NCBI GenBank assembly: GCA_963706905.1
Contig: CAVPNY010000019.1
Span: 27,458-91,457 of the forward strand
Length of the DNA: 64,000 bases
Direction of reading: 5' to 3'
DNA from: an uncultured Chloroflexia bacterium
Lineage (GTDB): Bacteria > Chloroflexota > Anaerolineae > Anaerolineales > UBA4823
Shown one piece after another: positions 16,330 through 24,462 of the stretch. The position numbers and the translations under genes are program-made. How positions within the stretch are numbered: the stretch's first letter is position 1; each line of letters opens with the position of its first letter. The notes under the pieces are model-generated. The model ran no database searches, was not told where the DNA came from, and was given only the letters and a program-made list of their open reading frames with translations.

Positions 16330-18220
16330 GCTCAGTCAGCCTCAGGAAGATGTTGCGGGCGATCGCCCTCTGCATAGGTGATAGCTTATCAAAAGTTGAC
16401 TCGGCTGTCATGGCAATAGCACCGTGAACTCCGCCAGATTCCGTGTATCCGTTGAGGGAGAGCATGCGACCACGCCGTCGCTTCCAAGTCTCTAGCAAGG
16501 CGTGGGAGAGCAGAGGTAGCCTACCAGGCTCGTCTCCGGCATCGCGAATCATTAATTCCAATAGGCCAGGCTCTATGATCCATCTGTCGCGAATGGCTGG
16601 CCCTTCGATCGCCTGGCGCAATCCAGCCGCATTCATTGGACCGATGAATTCCTGCTGCATGCTCAATGCCTGACGAAGAATTTCGTAAGGGGCGCATTGG
16701 TAATAGAAATCTGCGCGTAAGGCGATCAGAATGATTGTTGGCCCCTCGATGTTTTGGAACTCATCATCAACTCGGCTTTGATTGGCGCTGGCCGCATGCA
16801 ATTCTCTATCCGTTTCCAATTTGAGATGGTTGAGACCTGCAGCAAATAACAAATTGTCTATGAAGGCTTTACGCTCGGCTTCATTACGGCAAAGTGTAAA
16901 TAATTCTTCAAATTGGTCCACCACCAATAAAAGACGTTTTTCCTTTCCTGCTCGTCCCCTGGTCGGCGAGAGAGTGAGTAGTTTTTTTTGCACGTACAGG
17001 TGCAAGCTACGCGGGTCACGCGCCAGGTCATCCATCAGCGTGGATGTGGCAGTGACTGATGCAGAGTCGAGAGTCAAGCTGGTGGCCAGTGCTTCTAGTG
17101 GATGGGCGGTGGGAGTAATGATATGAACCAGCCAGCTAGTACTGCCTTCAGGTGGGAGTGTTCCATCTGCCAGGAGACTACCGCTTTTGAGGGCAGGCAC
17201 CAAGCCAGCCCGCAGGATGGATGATTTGCCGCTCCCCGAAGCGCCGACGATTGCGAGAAAGCGCCCATCCCCACCTGGATAGCCTGTAGGAGATCTAGAT
17301 AATCCATCTCGCAAGCGCTGAACAAGCTTAGCGATTAACGATTCGCGACCGAAGAAGATGCCAGCATCAATTTCATCAAAGTGTTGCAAACCCTTATAGG
17401 GAGGTTTGCCAGGCTCTGGTTGTTTCTCATCCAGGACAATAATTGGAGCAGTCCTGATCAATCTTCCATCACGGATGCTCTGGTAAAGAGTCGTGGTTTC
17501 TTCTGATGGCTCAACGGCCAACTCATCAGCCAGCACACGACGGCAAGCAGCATATTGCGCTAAGGCCGCGCTACGCTGCCCGCACAGCGCCAGCATCCGC
17601 ATGAGTTGTTGATGCGCTTCCTCATTCCAGGGTTCCAATTCAACCTGGCGCCGAGCATAGCTTTGGGCTTGCTCAAATTTACCGCGCTGCTCAAACAATA
17701 TTGCCAGCCGATGCAGTATGTTCAGCATCCGCCTGTGAAGCTGCTCACGGGTGAGCAGCGCCCACTCATCGAAAGGGGCGCTGTCTTTGACCGCGAATCC
17801 ACTCAGGAAGTTGCCCTGATACAAAGCTACAGCTTGCTCAAGCACTTGCACTGAATCTGCTCCCGCAACCACGACAGGTTTTGTAAGTTCCAGGAAGCGA
17901 GTTGAATCTATCCAATGGTCACTGTTAATATTAAATTGGATCGTATCGTGGGTTATCAGTAAGTAAGGTGGGGAGGCCTGGCGGTCGCCAATCGCTTGGC
18001 GCAGATTGGAGAGATTGTAACGTAAATTGTCGAGGGCTGAGCGATCAGGCCAACCTGGCCACAGCAGGTCGGCTAGCGCCTCCCGGCGGTGAGGCCGATC
18101 TGCTTCAATTGCCAGGTAAGCCAGTAAAGCGCGGACTTTGTTAGATTTAAAGTCCGTTGCCAGCTTGCCATCCAAACTCACCTGGAAATTCCCCAGCAGA
18201 GAAAGTGATAGACACGCCAT
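16199..18220 (-). CDS. N-terminal part of the SARP-NTPase-WD40 protein: OmpR-type winged helix + BTAD (SARP) + STAND-like P-loop NTPase
   Basis: SARP head (LSLLGNFQVSLDGK...KVRALLAYLAIE...R..LADLLWP) and a BTAD-like helical region (EEAHQQLMRMLALCGQRSAALAQYAACRRVLADELAVEPSEET). Walker A GASGSGKSSILRAGLVPAL and Walker B LLLVVDQFEELF. The last ~20 codons are out of frame. Confidence 0.85.
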   Translation of the reverse strand: MACLSLSLLGNFQVSLDGKLATDFKSNKVRALLAYLAIEADRPHRREALADLLWPGWPDRSALDNLRYNLSNLRQAIGDRQASPPYLLITHDTIQFNINSDHWIDSTRFLELTKPVVVAGADSVQVLEQAVALYQGNFLSGFAVKDSAPFDEWALLTREQLHRRMLNILHRLAILFEQRGKFEQAQSYARRQVELEPWNEEAHQQLMRMLALCGQRSAALAQYAACRRVLADELAVEPSEETTTLYQSIRDGRLIRTAPIIVLDEKQPEPGKPPYKGLQHFDEIDAGIFFGRESLIAKLVQRLRDGLSRSPTGYPGGDGRFLAIVGASGSGKSSILRAGLVPALKSGSLLADGTLPPEGSTSWLVHIITPTAHPLEALATSLTLDSASVTATSTLMDDLARDPRSLHLYVQKKLLTLSPTRGRAGKEKRLLLVVDQFEELFTLCRNEAERKAFIDNLLFAAGLNHLKLETDRELHAASANQSRVDDEFQNIEGPTIILIALRADFYYQCAPYEILRQALSMQQEFIGPMNAAGLRQAIEGPAIRDRWIIEPGLLELMIRDAGDEPGRLPLLSHALLETWKRRRGRMLSLNGYTESGGVHGAIAMTAESTFDKLSPMQRAIARNIFLRLTELGEGTQDTRRRVVISELYSFPEQEFSYHGCAKDANRRALGHSG

Positions 18221-18417
18221 GGAGCGATATGTAAGAGAAGCTGCAGGTAAATACTATTTTCTTTGTCATTATACAACATCAAACATTGGTTTTCAATCGG
18301 CACGCTTTCGGCACGCTTACTCCCACATTCACGCCACACTTGAATGATAGATTGAATACAAACAGCCAATCCATGATCCATCCATTCTTGAGCGAGTTCT
18401 ATTAAGGAGAAACTAAA

Positions 18418-18810
18418 ATGAAAAGGCAATCGACAAAATTAATCTTGGTCGCGCTTACCATCCTGTTGATCATCGTCGGGTGTAGCCCAAACGTGACTCA
18501 ACCCTCACCTCCCCCGGTTCCGACAGCGACACAGGTGAGCTTTCCAATCGGCGTCTTTACCAAGGCAAATTGGACGATGGAGATTAATGGCGACGGCAGT
18601 TGTCATGTCTATCAGCAATTAGTGGATGATAACTGTACCTACACGGCGACCGGGGATCAGGTTGTCTTCCAGAGCGAGCATTGCAAAGGTGTACCGGGCA
18701 CATACAACTGGTCCTACGATGGTCAGGTATTGAGTTTCACGGTGATCACAGACAAGTGTACCGACATTCGAAATCTGCTTGGTCATAGCGAATGGAAGAA
18801 AACGCCATAG
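18418..18810 (+). CDS. Small lipoprotein, function unknown
   Basis: Signal peptide plus lipobox (LLIIVGCSPN). 130 aa, Cys-rich. GGAGAA lies upstream of the ATG. Confidence 0.6.
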   Translation: MKRQSTKLILVALTILLIIVGCSPNVTQPSPPPVPTATQVSFPIGVFTKANWTMEINGDGSCHVYQQLVDDNCTYTATGDQVVFQSEHCKGVPGTYNWSYDGQVLSFTVITDKCTDIRNLLGHSEWKKTP

Positions 18811-19039
18811 AGGCCATTCCGGTTGTCGCCCTCACACCCCTTCCCAGTATCTGCGTTGTTTTAGGGCGTTACCGGGAGAGGTGTGAGGGCAAACATCACC
18901 TACAAATTCTAGCTTTTACAACAAATACGTGACGCGGAAGCGTCTGCCGCATCGCTCGAACACTTATCGCAGCCCACGTTTTTTCCCGATCGCAGATTAA
19001 ATCCCACACCTTTCATGTTGAAATGTAAAGATTGCCCTC

Positions 19040-19237
19040 ATGACTGCCGAACAGAGACGCTATATAGCCTACCTGCTGCGTATATGGCAAGAACAGTGTA
19101 ACGCCGAGCTGGTTTGGCGCTTCTCGCTGGAGGATGCCCATACCAAGGAGCGTTATGGCTTTTCTGAGCTGGAGCTGCTTTTTGTGTTCCTTAGGCTGAA
19201 AGTTAAGGAAGAAAACGAGGAGAACATGAGTGACTGA
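19040..19237 (+). CDS. Small conserved hypothetical protein (65 aa)
   Basis: MTAEQRRYIAYLLRIWQEQCNAELVWRFSLEDAHTKERYGFSELELLFVFL. The pattern YLLR.WQ....WR.SLE...T.ER.GF..L..LF.FL is one I recall from small proteins in Chloroflexi/cyanobacteria. I prefer it over the antisense ORF 19013..19255. Confidence 0.55.
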   Translation: MTAEQRRYIAYLLRIWQEQCNAELVWRFSLEDAHTKERYGFSELELLFVFLRLKVKEENEENMSD

Positions 19238-19615
19238 GTTCAAATCGCTGGACATATCGCCACCTGCCGTCCGGTTTCACGTCCATCTTGTCAACTCTGG
19301 TGGTTAATCTTCTTGGCCTCCACCTTCGTGGGACGAGAATTAGATTCGCGTACGCCGTAAACACCAGCTCTCAGGGGGCATTGAATAGGTGTGTGATGGC
19401 AGTCTCTTGTTTTCCTGGTTCAGCGATAAGGGATTGGTTCCAACCCATCTTTGCCATCTCGCCGTGTTCGCCTTCCGGCATCCCGGCATGCCGCAGGGTG
19501 AACCTGGTTTTGCCATCTGCGGTTTCTTCAAACGTCACCGTCACCAGCAGTTCAAGCGGGAAGTCCTCTCCCATGCCGTAGTGAGAGCCCGGGTCGACAG
19601 GGCAGACTGCGCCGA
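19238..19615 (-). pseudogene. Rearranged remnants of an SRPBCC/AHSA1-family gene
   Basis: The minus strand reads a C-terminal fragment (...LLVTVTFEETADGKTRFTLRHAGMPEGEHGEMAKMGWNQSL). It is fused directly to an N-terminal fragment (IAEPGKQETAITHLFNAP-stop-ELVFTAYANLILVPRRWRPRRLTTRVDKMDVKPDGRWRYVQR). That fragment is homologous to 32584..33054 (MLIAEPGKQETVITYLFDAPRELVF...MDVQPGGRWRYVQR). It has an in-frame TGA where the paralogue has Arg, and it is truncated at 19238. Confidence 0.7.
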
Positions 19616-19714
19616 CCTAAGGCATCGGCAGGCGTTTGAGGTTGTGAAGTATGGGTGCACGAATGGGTTCGTTGTGCCCAGGTCACCGCGTCATTGATGG
19701 AGAGAACCTGATGT

Positions 19715-20542
19715 TTACTTCGAACTTTGGAGATAGTTCTGCATCCGCCTCAGCGCTTCACTCACCGCTGGCATGGGATCGAAGGTGTAGCCCCATCCTA
19801 GTTCGAGCGATAAGAAGCCTGCATATCCCACCTGGTGGAGCAGCTTGATCAGCCGCGGAAAATCATAGGTTCCCTCACCGGGGATAGCGTTCTGTTGCTG
19901 ATGCCCGTCATTGTCGTTGACATGTACCTGGAGCAGGTGGTGACCCAGGTTCAGGATGGCGCGTTCAGTATCCTCGCCGGACAGGTTGAGATGTCCCGTG
20001 TCGATCACCACCCCCAGGCAGGGGCTTTTCAAATTTTCGATGGCTGCGAGTGCGTCCTGGCTGGAGCACATATAGTCGGACAGATTTGGATAGACTATCT
20101 CCAGGCCAAGCAAGGTGTTCATCTCTTCGGCGACCAGGCAGATCGACGCCAGGCTTCCCAGGTAGAGAAGGCGCGCTTCGTCGATGGTCTGTCCATGCAA
20201 GCTGTGGCTGGGGACGATCAACACCTGTTTGCAGCCCACAGCCACGGCATTTTGGATGGTTTCGATCACATATTGAATGCTATCCTGGCGAATAGCTTCG
20301 ATTGGGCTGGACAGCGAATATGGGTAGCGAAAGAAGGCCGGCATTAAGCAGGCCGGAGTCAGTCTGTGTGCAGCAAGCTGCTCATGTAACCGTTCCAGCC
20401 ATGCCGGTGGGTGATCATGGCGGTACAGGTGCGGCCGCCCGCACCAGATATCAATCCCCTCAAATCCCATCTGAGCCATGGAATCGATAGCCTGTGGCAG
20501 CTGATAATTCACAAATACGGATGTGGCAGTAGATATTTTCAT
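19715..20542 (-). CDS. Sugar phosphate isomerase/epimerase (xylose isomerase-like TIM barrel)
   Basis: MKISTATSVFVNYQLPQAIDSMAQMGFEGIDIW...GVVIDTGHLNLSGED...VHVNDNDG.... Start moved to ATG 20542, which overlaps the upstream stop (ATGA). The ORF-track start is 20701. Confidence 0.8.
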   Translation of the reverse strand: MKISTATSVFVNYQLPQAIDSMAQMGFEGIDIWCGRPHLYRHDHPPAWLERLHEQLAAHRLTPACLMPAFFRYPYSLSSPIEAIRQDSIQYVIETIQNAVAVGCKQVLIVPSHSLHGQTIDEARLLYLGSLASICLVAEEMNTLLGLEIVYPNLSDYMCSSQDALAAIENLKSPCLGVVIDTGHLNLSGEDTERAILNLGHHLLQVHVNDNDGHQQQNAIPGEGTYDFPRLIKLLHQVGYAGFLSLELGWGYTFDPMPAVSEALRRMQNYLQSSK

Positions 20543-21186
20543 AAGGATATATTGGGTTTGTGAACCGGATGCGGCCGGTCGATGAATTCGCGCATCACAA
20601 ACATGCGCTCCAGTCGGCGAGTGTCTACGAAGATTTCTGTTGAAAGCCCATGCTTCAAAGCCTGCACTGCGCGCCTGGCAGAGGCATCGATCAGCAGGCA
20701 TTCCTGCATGGGGAGCTGCGCTCGGTAAGCCAGGTGATAGAAAGCATCCGGGATGAGCCGTTGCAGTTTGCTGGTAGGAAGGAAAATGATCCGCTCGGGC
20801 ACGAAAGAAGTGAGCAGCTCGAGCTGACCGGCGATTTTCTCAAACCATTCGACTGGCAGATCCACTACCAGCCAGCGCTGGATATGCTCGGGCAGCTTCC
20901 GGGTAGCTTCGATGACACCCGGATTGGGGGTTATGCAATCCAGGATCTGATCACGCAGCGCAGCCGGGCCGCCCTTTATCCCTGCCGACTGGTTAAGCAC
21001 CTGGCAAAAAGCCAATCCGTCGATATTGCCGGTCGCTAACTCCTCAACCTGGACTGCAAAATTGGGCAACGCCAGCGGGTTTATTGCCATGCGCTTTGTC
21101 TGGTTCAAGGCCTGTGCTATCAGGGTGTGGAATGGTTGGGTATAGACGCCGGTCAGCCAGAAGAATATTCCGCGGATCTCACCCAT
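20539..21186 (-). CDS. HAD-superfamily-like protein lacking the catalytic Asp motif (possible pseudoenzyme)
   Basis: The overall pattern resembles HAD phosphatases: GIFFWLTGV where IFFDLDGV is expected, and LLIDASARRAVQALKHGL where ..IDD......A...G. is expected. Both nucleophile-motif Asp residues are replaced (W, T). Confidence 0.4.
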   Translation of the reverse strand: MGEIRGIFFWLTGVYTQPFHTLIAQALNQTKRMAINPLALPNFAVQVEELATGNIDGLAFCQVLNQSAGIKGGPAALRDQILDCITPNPGVIEATRKLPEHIQRWLVVDLPVEWFEKIAGQLELLTSFVPERIIFLPTSKLQRLIPDAFYHLAYRAQLPMQECLLIDASARRAVQALKHGLSTEIFVDTRRLERMFVMREFIDRPHPVHKPNISL

Positions 21187-21189
21187 TTC

Positions 21190-21606
21190 CTATTCTCCCA
21201 TTACCTGTAAGATAAGGTACCGTGGCTCCTGGTCGATCTGGTCGTCGATTACGAGGATCTCCTGGTAAGTGCCGAGCGCCAGCTCACCCTGGATCACCGG
21301 TATGGTCACGCTGGTGGGCATCAGGGCCGCGCGCAGGTGAGCGTGACCGTTGAAATCAACGGTGCGGATGTGGTGCTTGAAGGGATAATCGGTGGGGATG
21401 ATCCGCTCGAACATATCTTCCAGGTCGGCAATAATTCCTGTTTCGTGCTCGCCCAGGATCACGGCCCCTGTAGTATGCTGAAAGAACACCAGTGCCTGGC
21501 CGTTCTGCACACCGGAGCCATGCACAAAATTTATCACCTGATCGGTGATGTTCATTACGTTGAAGCGGCCGTCTGAAAGCAGCTCGATTTGTTTGGAAAC
21601 AATCAT
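21190..21606 (-). CDS. yjbQ: YjbQ/UPF0047 family protein (secondary thiamine-phosphate synthase-like)
   Basis: FQHTTGAVILGEHETGIIADLEDMFERIIP....FKH.......NGHAHLRAALMPTSVTIPV..G.L.LGT(Y)Q.I is the family signature. Start at ATG 21606, 2 nt after the upstream stop. Confidence 0.8.
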   Translation of the reverse strand: MIVSKQIELLSDGRFNVMNITDQVINFVHGSGVQNGQALVFFQHTTGAVILGEHETGIIADLEDMFERIIPTDYPFKHHIRTVDFNGHAHLRAALMPTSVTIPVIQGELALGTYQEILVIDDQIDQEPRYLILQVMGE

Positions 21607-21608
21607 AC

Positions 21609-22724
21609 TCAAGTGACCTTGCCTCGACCGGAATTCTCCCAAACCGCTTCGACCAGCCCGTTGCGTATGATGTATACCTTATCGTGCAGGTTGAATGTGC
21701 CGTTGGCATCCCTGACCCACAGCTCTACTTTCTCCCCGATGTGGGGTTCCGGGCTTGGCCCGGGCAGCTTGAGCCGGCTGTGCTCCTGCGGCATGGAAAT
21801 GATCTCACCCGGCGGGGTTTTCACTTCTGGGAAACCATAAGTCAAATCGATAGCCTTGCGGCCAATATCCAGGATAGCGATATCATCTGCACCTGGGCGT
21901 TCGGGACGGCTGATCACCGTTGCCAGCATGCTGAGAGATAGTTCAAAGTTGCTCAGACCCAGGTCGCGAAAGGTGGTGTCCATGAAGATGTACGTGCCAA
22001 CCTGAAGCTCAGTAATCCCCGGCACACTGCTGGCCGGCTTATGTGTGACCGAGCCGCCACCGCTAACGATCTCAATCGGAAGGCCTGCATCCTCAATGTA
22101 CCGGCGCGTTTCAACCAGCAGCCGGTAGCACTGCTCTGAGAGCTGGTCGCGCTCGGTAAAATCCTTCATCATGACCAGGTGACCATCATAGCCCATCAGC
22201 CCACGGAAGGTCAGCCCGGGAGAGATATGCACCATGCGGGCTAGTTCAAGAGAAGGCCCTAATGGCTCTACCCCGCAGCGGTTGTTGCCGATATTGACCT
22301 CGACCAGCACACCGACCGTGACTCCTCTCGCCTGGGCGGCTGCTGACAGGGCTTGCACGTTCTGAAGCGAATCCACCGCGACGATAATATCGGTGTATGC
22401 CGCCAGATTGACCAGGCGTTGAATCTTGCGCGCTCCAACCACCTGGTTGGCAATCAGGATATTGCGGATGCCGCCCGAGGCCAGCACCTCAGCCTCAGAG
22501 ACTTTGGAGACCGTCAGCCCAATCGCCCCGGCTCTGATCTGCATCCAGGCGAAGATGGGTGTCCCCTTGTAAATCTTGGCATGCGGCCGCAAGGCAACCC
22601 CGGCCTCCCGGGCAAAATTGGCCATTTTCTGGATATTGCGCTCAACTGCGGCGATATCCACCAACAGAGCAGGGGTATCCAATTCAGAAACCGGCAGGCC
22701 AACTTCGTATTCGTAGACATTCAT
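21609..22724 (-). CDS. Fold-type III PLP enzyme of the D-serine dehydratase-like / D-threonine aldolase (DSD1) family
   Basis: Alanine-racemase N-terminal-like domain with the PLP-lysine motif LRPHAKIYKG. 371 aa, with a C-terminal beta domain ending ...NGLVEAVWENSGRGK. Confidence 0.75.
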   Translation of the reverse strand: MNVYEYEVGLPVSELDTPALLVDIAAVERNIQKMANFAREAGVALRPHAKIYKGTPIFAWMQIRAGAIGLTVSKVSEAEVLASGGIRNILIANQVVGARKIQRLVNLAAYTDIIVAVDSLQNVQALSAAAQARGVTVGVLVEVNIGNNRCGVEPLGPSLELARMVHISPGLTFRGLMGYDGHLVMMKDFTERDQLSEQCYRLLVETRRYIEDAGLPIEIVSGGGSVTHKPASSVPGITELQVGTYIFMDTTFRDLGLSNFELSLSMLATVISRPERPGADDIAILDIGRKAIDLTYGFPEVKTPPGEIISMPQEHSRLKLPGPSPEPHIGEKVELWVRDANGTFNLHDKVYIIRNGLVEAVWENSGRGKVT

Positions 22725-22730
22725 GGGCGA

Positions 22731-23192
22731 TTACCGTTTGATGCGATAGGATTCATCTAAATTGTTGATCTTATTTACCTTGGCAGTTGAACGCCCGCCG
22801 AGAAATTCGGACTGTAACCAGTGATCGAGTACGATCCGGGCGAGCGTGGGAGCGATGATTTGTGCTCCCATTGTCAATATCTGGGCGTCATTGCTTTTCC
22901 TGGCTCTTTCGGCCGAGTATGGATCGTGGCAGCAAGCTGCGCGCACCCCTGGCACTTTGTTAGCTGTGATTGCCATACCGATTCCGGTTCCGCATAAGAG
23001 AATCCCTCTCTCAAACTCATTGCGTGCGATGCTCTCGGCAACTTGAATGGCAACATCCGGGTAATCGATCCCGTCGTCTATGCCCTTACATCCAAAGTCG
23101 ACTGGCTCGAAGCCCAATTCTCTGAGATAGGCTTTGAGATCCTCTTTCAGGGCAAATGCATTCTGGTCGCTGCCAATGGCGATTTTTTTCAT
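22731..23192 (-). CDS. rpiB: Ribose-5-phosphate isomerase B / RpiB-LacAB family sugar-phosphate isomerase
   Basis: MKKIAIGSDQNAFALKEDLKAYL...GILLCGTGIGMAITANKVPGVRAACCHDPYSAERARKSNDAQILTMG, the characteristic RpiB sequence. 153 aa. Confidence 0.9.
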   Translation of the reverse strand: MKKIAIGSDQNAFALKEDLKAYLRELGFEPVDFGCKGIDDGIDYPDVAIQVAESIARNEFERGILLCGTGIGMAITANKVPGVRAACCHDPYSAERARKSNDAQILTMGAQIIAPTLARIVLDHWLQSEFLGGRSTAKVNKINNLDESYRIKR

Positions 23193-23241
23193 TAGGACGA
23201 TCCTCGCTGTTCTGTACTCGATTGGTTGTAGATGCAGTCCA

Positions 23242-24189
23242 TCAATATTCAGGAATCATCTCTTCCCTGGCGATCTTGTTCTGGGTCTCGATAATTTCGG
23301 CTGGATCGATAGCTGCGTTCAGCACCGCCTGAAGCGCCTCGCTGTCGGATCGACCGACAAACGCCGCGGAAATCGATTTCTCACCCAATAACTGCATCGC
23401 TGCATCTGAGATCGGCTTTTGCAGGATGCCAGGTCCCAGGTAAGCCTCTTCTTGATCGGATGTCCACACGGTGGCATCGACTTCGCCGTTTTTTAACAGG
23501 CGTGAAAACTGAACGAATGGCGCCAGATGGGGCTCGATCGCCTGCCCAGCGAAAACCAGATCGGTCAGACGGCGGTGGTCGAAGGAATCTGGATCAACAG
23601 CCACCCGTAACGGTCGAGTCTGGCCAGGTGGCAGCTCCCGGTAAAAGATGCAATAGCTGGATACCCAACTCCCAGGTGGCAGGGTTAGCAAGATGGTGTG
23701 ATTTTTTCCAGTCAGCTCATCGGCCGCCAGGCCAGACATCAACGCCACATGGCAGCGGTTCTCATCCAGGGCTTTCAATCGCGTGCGCGAGCCGCGGATG
23801 AAGATCATATAAGTCTCGATGCTGGCTCGCTCCAACGCGCGCTTGACGCCGGTAGCCAGGCCTTCAAAGCGGCGGTGCATCGGCAGGGTCATCCCGATCA
23901 CCAGCGGTCCTTGCTCCACCAGGTTCCACAGGTCGCCCATGGAAAGCTTTACCACAACTGATCCCAGGTGACCGCGTTTCTGGATCTGCACCGCACCCAT
24001 ATCTTCCAGATCGTTGAGCACGGTAGAAACAGAGCCGACGCTCATGTGCGTGGAAGAGGCCAGCTTGCGAATACTGGGCAGGCGTTGGCCTTCGTGGAGC
24101 TGGATCAGTCGTTTCGCCAGGCTGATCTGCAGGTCTTTAATGCTGCGCCGGCTTTGGCGTTTGATGGCCTGGTGGTTACTTACAGTCAC
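23242..24189 (-). CDS. GntR-type HTH transcriptional regulator with large C-terminal effector domain (YhfZ-like, tentative)
   Basis: N-terminal winged helix LPSIRKLASSTHMSVGSVSTVLNDLEDMGAVQIQKRGHLGSVV followed by a ~230-aa C-terminal domain. GTG start. It is the first gene of the catabolic operon. Confidence 0.7.
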   Translation of the reverse strand: MTVSNHQAIKRQSRRSIKDLQISLAKRLIQLHEGQRLPSIRKLASSTHMSVGSVSTVLNDLEDMGAVQIQKRGHLGSVVVKLSMGDLWNLVEQGPLVIGMTLPMHRRFEGLATGVKRALERASIETYMIFIRGSRTRLKALDENRCHVALMSGLAADELTGKNHTILLTLPPGSWVSSYCIFYRELPPGQTRPLRVAVDPDSFDHRRLTDLVFAGQAIEPHLAPFVQFSRLLKNGEVDATVWTSDQEEAYLGPGILQKPISDAAMQLLGEKSISAAFVGRSDSEALQAVLNAAIDPAEIIETQNKIAREEMIPEY

Positions 24190-24221
24190 GATGGATCCTC
24201 CCTTTCTTTGGTTCGCCCGGC

Positions 24222-24447
24222 TCAGCGCCAGCTCACGTAAACCACACTAATGAGATTAGGCACCAGGCTGCGGTAAACCTCAAGTCTTTCCTGGTGAAGG
24301 GTGGCTCGCCTCGCATCCGGCTCAAAGACCCGGCTCAGGGTGCAGGCCGGTCAAAGGATTGGAAACCACCGCCAGGAGAATCCCATCCTCGCTGTAAGCG
24401 GCGGTTTTTACCGAACTGGAGCTGACATCAATGCCGATCAGGCTCAT
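24222..24447 (-). pseudogene. Remnant of an FGGY-family carbohydrate kinase (N-terminal ~35 aa joined to C-terminal ~35 aa; internal deletion)
   Basis: My own minus-strand translation from ATG 24447 gives MSLIGIDVSSSSVKTAAYSEDGILLAVVSNPLTGLHPEPG, the FGGY N-terminal phosphate-1 motif. After a 1-nt frame change it continues FEPDARRATLHQERLEVYRSLVPNL, which resembles the typical FGGY C-terminal tail. Only ~225 bp are available between the flanking genes. Confidence 0.5.
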
Positions 24448-24462
24448 GATCCACTCGATCCT

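Noticed and set aside
18828-18890. 11-bp inverted repeat GCCCTCACACC / GGTGTGAGGGC downstream of the lipoprotein gene as a terminator
   Set aside because: The loop is ~41 nt and there is no T-tract, so it is not a convincing intrinsic terminator. It may be a protein-binding site or incidental.
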